The notes beneath the pieces are model-generated. The model was given only the letters and a program-made list of their open reading frames with translations. It was not told where the DNA came from and ran no database searches. From assembly GCA_963754925.1 (NCBI GenBank), contig CAVWHX010000004.1, positions 224,001-288,000 on the forward strand: a DNA stretch of 64,000 nucleotides. Reading direction: 5' to 3'. Numbering within the stretch: the stretch's first letter is position 1; every line of letters starts with the position of its first letter. The DNA comes from an uncultured delta proteobacterium. Lineage in GTDB: Bacteria; Myxococcota; B64-G9. Positions 57,293 through 64,000 of the stretch are shown in pieces. The translations under genes were made by a program, and so were the position numbers.

Positions 57293-58435
57293 ATGAGCTC
57301 GCAGCGACTGACATTCCTTCAGATAGCATCACCCGAGATCGACGCTGATATATACTACGCAACTCGGTTCGCAGCTCCCGACCCCGTAATCCTGATAGAG
57401 CACCACGGCCAAAAGATCCTGGCGGTGACTGATTTTGAGCGAGATCGAGCTCGCCAGGTTGCGACCGTCGATACGGTTTGGCCGGCTTTGACGGTGGCGG
57501 CCGAAGACGCCAGACGGAGGCGCACAACCCCCGATCTGACTCCCAGCGGGCTCGCTGCAGCGGCTCTGCGCAAACTCAAGGTCTCCCTCGTGGAGGTGCC
57601 GGCGAGCATGCCTATTGGCTTCGTTGAACGCTTGCACACCATGGGGTTTAAACTGCATATTCGCTCCGAAGATAAATTTCCCAAGCGATTGACCAAAGGT
57701 CCCGACGAGGTGCGGGCCATCGTCGCTGTTCAGCGAGCCACCGAGCGGGCTATGGCGGCGGCGGCGAGCATGTTACGGGCGAGCCGAGTCGTCGGCAGGG
57801 AGCTTCGGTACGCTGGTAAGCGTCTGCGCGCAGAAGATCTGCGACAAGCTATACAGAGCACGTTACTGGAGCGCCAGTGCATCGGCGCGCATACCATCGT
57901 GGCGGTGGGCAACCAAGCGGTTGACCCTCACGAGGAAGGTCACGGGCCCATTCGGCCGGGTCAACCGGTGGTGATTGACATCTTCCCCCGGTCGATGCGC
58001 ACCCTGTACTTTGCCGACATGACTCGGACGCTGGTTCGCGGCCAACCCCAGCCTGCGCTGGTCGCCCAATATCGTGCGGTATTGAAAGCTCAGAACAAAG
58101 CGCTCTCGCTTATTCGGCCTGGGGTCATGGTTCGCGCGGTACACCAAGCGGTGCAGCAGGTGTTTGCGGATCAGGGATTTGTCACGGGAGAACAAAACGG
58201 GCGCCTGCAGGGCTTTACGCACTCTACCGGCCACGGCGTCGGACTTGAAATCCACGAGCCACCCCGGATCGGAGTCGCGCCTGAGAGCGTGCGCTTTCGC
58301 GCCGGCATGATAGTCACGGTCGAGCCGGGACTCTATTATTGTGGGGTCGGCGGTGTCCGGATTGAAGATCTCGTTTTAGTAACTCGTCAGGGCATTCGCA
58401 ACCTGACCCGCTATCCTAAAAAACTAGTGGTATAG
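57293..58435 (+). CDS. Xaa-Pro peptidase (M24B)
   Basis: DPH, ID....Y.ADMTRT, HSTGHGVGLEIHE, TVEPGLY, GVRIED. Confidence 0.92.
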   Translation: MSSQRLTFLQIASPEIDADIYYATRFAAPDPVILIEHHGQKILAVTDFERDRARQVATVDTVWPALTVAAEDARRRRTTPDLTPSGLAAAALRKLKVSLVEVPASMPIGFVERLHTMGFKLHIRSEDKFPKRLTKGPDEVRAIVAVQRATERAMAAAASMLRASRVVGRELRYAGKRLRAEDLRQAIQSTLLERQCIGAHTIVAVGNQAVDPHEEGHGPIRPGQPVVIDIFPRSMRTLYFADMTRTLVRGQPQPALVAQYRAVLKAQNKALSLIRPGVMVRAVHQAVQQVFADQGFVTGEQNGRLQGFTHSTGHGVGLEIHEPPRIGVAPESVRFRAGMIVTVEPGLYYCGVGGVRIEDLVLVTRQGIRNLTRYPKKLVV

Positions 58436-58468
58436 TGTCCTCATGATACGTTGACGGGGAGACAGAGC

Positions 58469-59414
58469 ATGCACGAGAAACTGAGCCGACGCGATTTTTT
58501 TTATAAAAGCATTTCAGCGACTGCCGCGCTCGCACTGACTAAAATCGGCGGCCGCGTTAACGTCGCTCGAGCGGCTTCGAGCACACCCGTATTGGCAAAA
58601 ATCTCGGGCGCCGGGGTGCCGGAAAATCTCTCCGAGGCCGTCAAGAAGTTGCTTTCGCCCTGGGGCGGCATGGCCGCTTTCGTAAAAAAAGGCAACAGGG
58701 TTCTGACTTAAACCAAATATTGCGTTTCCAAGCCCACCGGCTCAACGAGCTACCACCTCCCCTGCGTTGGTCGCAGCAGTGGCTCGGGAGGTTCTTGCCT
58801 GTGGAGCGAGCAAGGTGCTGGTCATGGACAACCCGGTGCGTCGCCCCGAAGCGTGCCTGAGGGCTTGTGGTTTCGTTGAGGCGCTTAAGGACCTCGGGAT
58901 CGCGGTGATACTGCCGACCGGTGAAAACTTTTATACCCCGGTGGAGATCCCCGGCGGTAAGTCGCTCAAGAGAACAAAAGTGCTCAAGGAAGCGTTGACC
59001 GTTGACGTCCACATTGCCCTGCCGATTGCCAAGTCGCACATGGCTACGGGATTCACCGGTGCATTGAAGGGAATGATGGGCTTGATCCACGAACGTGAGA
59101 GTTTTCACTCTGCGCTTGAGATCAATCAAGCCATCGCCGACCTGTGCACTATCGTGAGACCTCACTTGACAATTTTGGACGGGCTCATCGTGCTGGCGAG
59201 TGGCGGCCCGTTGGGACCGGGTGAGCTCATCACCCGCAACACGCTCGTGGCAGGCCGGGATGCGTTGGCGGTTGACGCCGTCGGGGTAAGCCTCGCGCCG
59301 CTGTATGGCAAAGATATCAAGCCAAGGCAAATCAAACATCTGCTTCTCGCCGAGGAGGCCGGCGTCGGTAAAATAGACGTGCCGTCTGAGCAAACGGCCT
59401 CATTGACCTTGTAA
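58469..59414 (+). CDS. Tat-exported DUF362 domain protein (frameshift near 58706)
   Basis: SRRDFF Tat motif; 'VKKG.RVL(L)KPN' split across frames; PIAKSH, GALKGMMG, ILDG, G.D.LAVD. Confidence 0.8.
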
Positions 59415-59435
59415 CATAGGATTTATCTGATTATA

Positions 59436-60893
59436 TTAAAGTTTAACCTGCTTCCACTTGCCCTCGTAAAACTTCAACGCCATGACCGATGACAAGAGCA
59501 CCACGTAAACGGCCGCCGCCATCCAGGTGCCCAAAAGCCCCAGGCCGAGTTTCACGCCGAGCAGATAGGAGAGCGGGATAAGGCACACAGTGTGCAAACA
59601 CAATTCTGCTACCATGACAAAGTGGGTGTTGCCGGCTCCATAGAGGGCCTGGACCAATATCATTCCGGCGCTCATCAGCGCCGTTGTTGATGCGATCAAA
59701 CGGGTGGGCGCCATAGCCACCTCGATCACGTTTCGTTTGTCGGTAAAAATTCCCAGGAAAAATTCTGGCTTGAAGACCATTATGATACCCAACAATCCCA
59801 TAACATACATGCCAATCTTCGCTGATTCCCAACCGTAGCGTTCGGCGAGGTTGAAATTTTTTGCCCCCATGCTCTGGCTGACCAGGGTGGCAGTGGCGGT
59901 GCCAAAAGCCATCGAGGTCATGATAACCAGCATCAAAAATGAAATGAGTATCGTTGAAGCGCTGGTAGCCAGATCGGGCGCCAGTAAATCAATATTATAG
60001 AGAACCGGCCCAAGCACCGGGATAAAGCCAAGCGGGGCGAGAATCTTGGGCGTCGGTTCGAGATGGCCGCATACCCACAAGAAAAATTGAAATCCGCTCA
60101 TGACGAAGATGGTCGCCAATCCCGACGGTACCGACAGCCGGACGATCTCCCAGCTCAGCACCGAATTGAGGTTGCCTCTCCGAACGTATCGGTACCGTTT
60201 TCGTATGGTCGATTTGAGAGTCCAACCACCCATGATTACCAAGCCAATATAAGTACTTATTACGGTCGCCCAGGCAGAACCTGCCACTTCCAGTCGCGGG
60301 AAACCCCACAGACCAAATACCAGCGCAAAGTTGAGTAAAATATTGATAACATTCATAGTAATCGAAGCGGTCATATGAACGTATGTTTTGCCTATCCCAT
60401 CGAAAAAAGCTTTCATGCTCATGGTGGCAACCATCGAGAGCACGCCCAACATCCGGATGCGGCAGAATTCGGAACCAAGCCGGACGACATTCGGGTTAGG
60501 GTTAAGCAATTTAAAGAACTCGGGAATGAATAGATAACCGAGTATCGACACGAGCGCCCCGGTGATCCACGCGATGTTCAACGAGTTGGTCAAGACCTTA
60601 CCGGCTTCCTCGGGAAGTTGCTCGCCTATTCGCCGAGCGGTGACCGATTGGGTGCCAACAGAAATGGCCGAGAAGAATCCGCCAATTGCCCAAAAAAGCG
60701 GCATCGCAATCCCAATCCCGGCCACCCCATCAATGCCGGTAGAGCCGGGGAGGTGGCCTATCAGGATGGCATCCACCATATTAACGGTAGTTTGGGAAAG
60801 CATACCCAAGACCACTGGTATCGCTAATACAGAGATTTTCTTTGCCAGGATTCCGTCGATCGCTAACTTCATCAAAGATCCTCGCAGCTTCAT
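59436..60893 (-). CDS. MATE family efflux transporter
   Basis: LAIPVV, VDAILIG, FFDGIGKT, LEVAGSAWAT, SQSMGA; many hydrophobic TM segments. Confidence 0.9.
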   Translation of the reverse strand: MKLRGSLMKLAIDGILAKKISVLAIPVVLGMLSQTTVNMVDAILIGHLPGSTGIDGVAGIGIAMPLFWAIGGFFSAISVGTQSVTARRIGEQLPEEAGKVLTNSLNIAWITGALVSILGYLFIPEFFKLLNPNPNVVRLGSEFCRIRMLGVLSMVATMSMKAFFDGIGKTYVHMTASITMNVINILLNFALVFGLWGFPRLEVAGSAWATVISTYIGLVIMGGWTLKSTIRKRYRYVRRGNLNSVLSWEIVRLSVPSGLATIFVMSGFQFFLWVCGHLEPTPKILAPLGFIPVLGPVLYNIDLLAPDLATSASTILISFLMLVIMTSMAFGTATATLVSQSMGAKNFNLAERYGWESAKIGMYVMGLLGIIMVFKPEFFLGIFTDKRNVIEVAMAPTRLIASTTALMSAGMILVQALYGAGNTHFVMVAELCLHTVCLIPLSYLLGVKLGLGLLGTWMAAAVYVVLLSSVMALKFYEGKWKQVKL

Positions 60894-61121
60894 CGGGTCA
60901 ATGGCCTGCGCAACTTACTGCGAACGCAACGGTAACGCAAACAGATTATTTTTAACTGATAAGATTTTTTTATTGACAAGGCGTGGTGAAAGGGCTAAGT
61001 GCAGCATACAATTTCTCCGCGTTCTTTAACAAACCAGTAAGGGTGCTTCCGTCTTTTACCCAAGCTCATAGACATTGGGGCGACGGTCATCGAGGCGGTT
61101 CTTTCCAAGGAGGATGAACAC

Positions 61122-61955
61122 ATGAGAAAACTCTCAAAGTTATGTTGTTGGGGTCTGGTTGGGGTGTTTGCACTGGCGTTTGCCATGGTTGCAACCGGTT
61201 GTCGACCGACCTTCCCAAAGTGCCGTAACAGTGATGATTGCAAGTCTGAGAAGGGCAACAGTTCCTTACTCGTATGCGTCAACGGCCAGTGCCAGGAATG
61301 CGCGCTGGATGCCGACTGCCCCCAGGATCGCCCGCACTGTAAAGACAATCGGTGCATGGAATGCATCGGGGATAAGGACTGCCCAGAGGGTAAATATTGC
61401 AAAAATAACCAGTGCAAATGGGAGTGCGAGATCGATAGCGACTGCCCCGCTGGAAAGGTTTGTAAGGATCACAAGTGCCAAATAGAATGCGAAAAGGATG
61501 AGGACTGCAATAACCCGGATCTGGAGTGCAAGGACCAGCGCTGCGTTCCGAAATGCCAGTGCCGTTCAGATTTAGACTGCACCGGCGGTATGATGTGTCG
61601 GGATTGCAAGTGCGTTGAAAAATCTGCGTGCAGCGTCGAACCGATATATTTTGACTTCGACCGCTACGATATACGTTCTGGCGATCGCACCATCCTTGAT
61701 CAGAACGTCACCTGCATTAAGTCACGCAATCTCAAAGTACAGATCCAGGGCAACTGCGACGAGCGTGGCACCGAGGAATATAACATCGCCCTTGGCGAGC
61801 GACGCGCTCAGGGAGCCAAAAAATATCTACAAAGCCAGGGCATCAAAGCGAACCGGTTGTCGACGATTTCCTACGGCAAAAACCGGCCGGTTTGCAATGA
61901 ATCAACCGAGGATTGCTGGGCGCGAAATCGCCGAGATGATTTTGTGGAGAAGTGA
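61122..61955 (+). CDS. pal: Pal/OmpA-domain lipoprotein with six Cys-rich repeats
   Basis: Lipobox ATGC; IYFDFD, GNCDERGTEEYNIALGERRA, SYGK, NRR; followed by cpoB-like gene. Confidence 0.8.
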   Translation: MRKLSKLCCWGLVGVFALAFAMVATGCRPTFPKCRNSDDCKSEKGNSSLLVCVNGQCQECALDADCPQDRPHCKDNRCMECIGDKDCPEGKYCKNNQCKWECEIDSDCPAGKVCKDHKCQIECEKDEDCNNPDLECKDQRCVPKCQCRSDLDCTGGMMCRDCKCVEKSACSVEPIYFDFDRYDIRSGDRTILDQNVTCIKSRNLKVQIQGNCDERGTEEYNIALGERRAQGAKKYLQSQGIKANRLSTISYGKNRPVCNESTEDCWARNRRDDFVEK

Positions 61956-61982
61956 CCTAGGCGCGGACCGATAAACAGTATC

Positions 61983-62018
61983 GAGAGCGGAGCCTGACCG
62001 TGGGTTCCGCTCTTTTTC
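61983..62018 (+). terminator. Intrinsic terminator after pal
   Basis: GAGAGCGGAGCC/GGTTCCGCTCTT stem with T run. Confidence 0.7.
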
Positions 62019-62105
62019 ATTGGGCATAACTATTCACGGCGTCGTGTTATAGATATAGTGGGGTACGCGGTGTTAAGACTCAAGACATATCTATGGGGTG
62101 CACCA

Positions 62106-62953
62106 ATGAAGTTTCTACCACTATTGATGGTATGCCTCGCCCTTACCAGCGGCTGTTGGATGAATAAAGAGGCTGGCGAACGTATGCAAGCCAACCTTGA
62201 GGGATTACAGGCCGAATTCGAGGTGGTGAAGAAAGCGCACGCCGCCGAGAAGGCTCAGCTACAGCAACGACTCAAGGAAGCCGACGAGCGCATTATTGAG
62301 TTGCGCCGGCTCATCGATGATTTCCAGCAAGCAACCGGTCGCAGCGCGGCAGATATTGGAGTGGACATCGAGAAGATCAAATCACAGATCATGGAGCTTC
62401 GGGGCCAAATTGAACTCATGCAGCACACGATCGATATGACCACAAAACAGCCTTCAGGAGCGCCCTCTTCTTCGTCGCAACCTACGGATCAAAGACCCAA
62501 AGTGGAGATTGTAAAAACCACCAACAACACCGACCCTCTGGCCGGCATTAAGAGGCCCGAGAAGCAAGATGAATTTTACAAACTTGCCGCGGGGATGCTC
62601 GAAGCGAAGCAATCGCAAGCAGCCCGTATGCTCTTCGATGAGTTCATCAAGAAATGGCCAACCAGCCCCTACGCCGGCAATGCGCTCTTTTGGATCGGTG
62701 AGAGCTACTACATCGAGAAGGACTACCGTGATGCAGCCATGAGTTTTCAGCAAGTGCGCGAAAAATACCCAAAGGGGATTAAAGCGGCAGATGCGCTCCT
62801 GAGACTAGGCTACTGCTTCGCCGCCATGGAGATGTACAGTGAGGCGTTGCCGTTCCTCAAGGACTTCGTGCAGACATATCCAAAAAACCCTAGCGTCGCA
62901 AAGGTTAAGAAAAGATCGAGGAGGTTGAGAAAAAGATTAAAAAGTCAAAGTGA
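62106..62953 (+). CDS. cpoB: CpoB/YbgF-like Tol-Pal TPR lipoprotein (probable frameshift near 62905)
   Basis: Lipobox TSGC, coiled coil with ELRGQIE, TPRs (YAGNALFWIGE, KAADALLRLG); alternate frame ends KIEEVEKKIKKSK* at 62953. Confidence 0.75.
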
Positions 62954-63154
62954 CTCGTACCGCTACTTCTTCGGAGAGAAACCTCCCCCATCTGAGAATA
63001 CTGATTTTTTTTCACACAATCTGGCCTTTTGGATTATTTTTCGGGTACAATTGTACTGGGAGTGTAAACAACGGGGAGCAAAGATTTGACAGGAGGCTCA
63101 CCGGGGATATAGAGCAGAAATAATCTGCATCCGTGCGTAGACAGAGGAAAAGAC

Positions 63155-64000
63155 GTGGCTCGACAGACCTTGTTGCTGGTCGACGGGGATGCGAAATCCC
63201 TCAGGGTGATGGAGGTTAGCCTCCGGAAGGCCGGCTATTCGGTTACCACTGCCGTCAATGGCACGGACGCCTTAGAGAAGGTCAACATCTCACCTCCCGA
63301 CCTGATCATCTCCGACATCAAAATGCCCGTGATGGATGGCTTTGAGTTCTGTAAAAAGATTAAAGCGAACTCCAAGGCCGCCGCCATTCCTTTTATTTTC
63401 CTGACCAACCAGAAAGCCATTGAGGATAAAATTCGCGGGCTTGAGTTGGGCGTTGATGATTACCTAACCAAACCGATCTACATCAAGGAGATTATTACCC
63501 GGGTAAAGATACTGCTCCAGAAGTACGAACGCGAAGGTCTACAGCGACGGGATCAGAAAGCTCACTTTGTTGGCTCACTTGCGGAGATGGGCGTGGTCGA
63601 TCTGATCCAAACCATCGAGATCGGCCGCAAGACCGGCGTCATGTTTCTTACCTCAACCGAAGGCCACTCCAAACAGGGCAAGATCTTCTTCCGCAATGGC
63701 AAAGTGATCGACGCCGAGAGCGGTAAACTACGAGGCGAACAAGCGGTATACCGCTTGTTGCTGTGGGGCTCTGGCGACTTTGAGATCGACTTCCAAGTAA
63801 GCTTGGTTCATCCGGACAACATCGCGCTCTCCAGCCAGGGACTGCTCATGGAAGGCATGCGTCGCGTGGACGAATGGGGGCGGATGTTTGAACAGCTCCC
63901 ACCGCTTGAGACGATCTTCGAGGTCGACTACCTTGAGCTCGCCGATCGACTCAGCGAGATCCCCGACGAGGTCAACGGTATCCTCAGGCTCTTCGACGGT
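63155..64000 (+). CDS. Response regulator with DUF4388-type domain (runs off window end)
   Basis: Read directly: [16 protein letters not shown]...DIKMPVMDG...DYLTKP, then [20 protein letters not shown]...[19 protein letters not shown]. Confidence 0.85.
   Translation, partial: MARQTLLLVDGDAKSLRVMEVSLRKAGYSVTTAVNGTDALEKVNISPPDLIISDIKMPVMDGFEFCKKIKANSKAAAIPFIFLTNQKAIEDKIRGLELGVDDYLTKPIYIKEIITRVKILLQKYEREGLQRRDQKAHFVGSLAEMGVVDLIQTIEIGRKTGVMFLTSTEGHSKQGKIFFRNGKVIDAESGKLRGEQAVYRLLLWGSGDFEIDFQVSLVHPDNIALSSQGLLMEGMRRVDEWGRMFEQLPPLETIFEVDYLELADRLSEIPDEVNGILRLFDG

Overview
Core chromosomal window of a GC-rich delta-proteobacterium, probably Myxococcota-like (inferred from a DUF2378-type gene, a 'vegetative protein'-type Zn finger, a Cys-rich Pal, a REC-DUF4388 regulator and a split purH). 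It holds a TldD-like peptidase, a DUF2844/DUF3443 pair, fatty-acyl genes, a divergent EF-G paralogue, tRNA-Val and tRNA-Asp, purN with a split purH, rho-rpmE-DUF1385-prfA-prmC, a MEDS-GAF-PAS hybrid kinase, a complete heme cluster (hemE-N-H-Y-A-C-D-L...hemB) with an embedded two-component pair, a LolD/FtsX/LolA-like/outer-membrane operon, and pal-cpoB. At least 12 genes, including rho, purH and hemN, carry 1-nt indels, most plausibly assembly errors. The most unusual signal is a family of modular palindromic DNA elements. A ~42-nt module A occurs 7 times, with compensatory stem changes and a conserved GA-NN-GNA-N'N'-GA loop. A larger element B occurs twice. One composite B+A copy sits in frame inside hemD and adds about 43-52 residues, and module A ends supply the stop codons of prmC, the PilZ-like gene and the NifU gene. 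No transposase, CRISPR array or rRNA was seen. All family assignments come from motif recognition by eye; no database searches were run.
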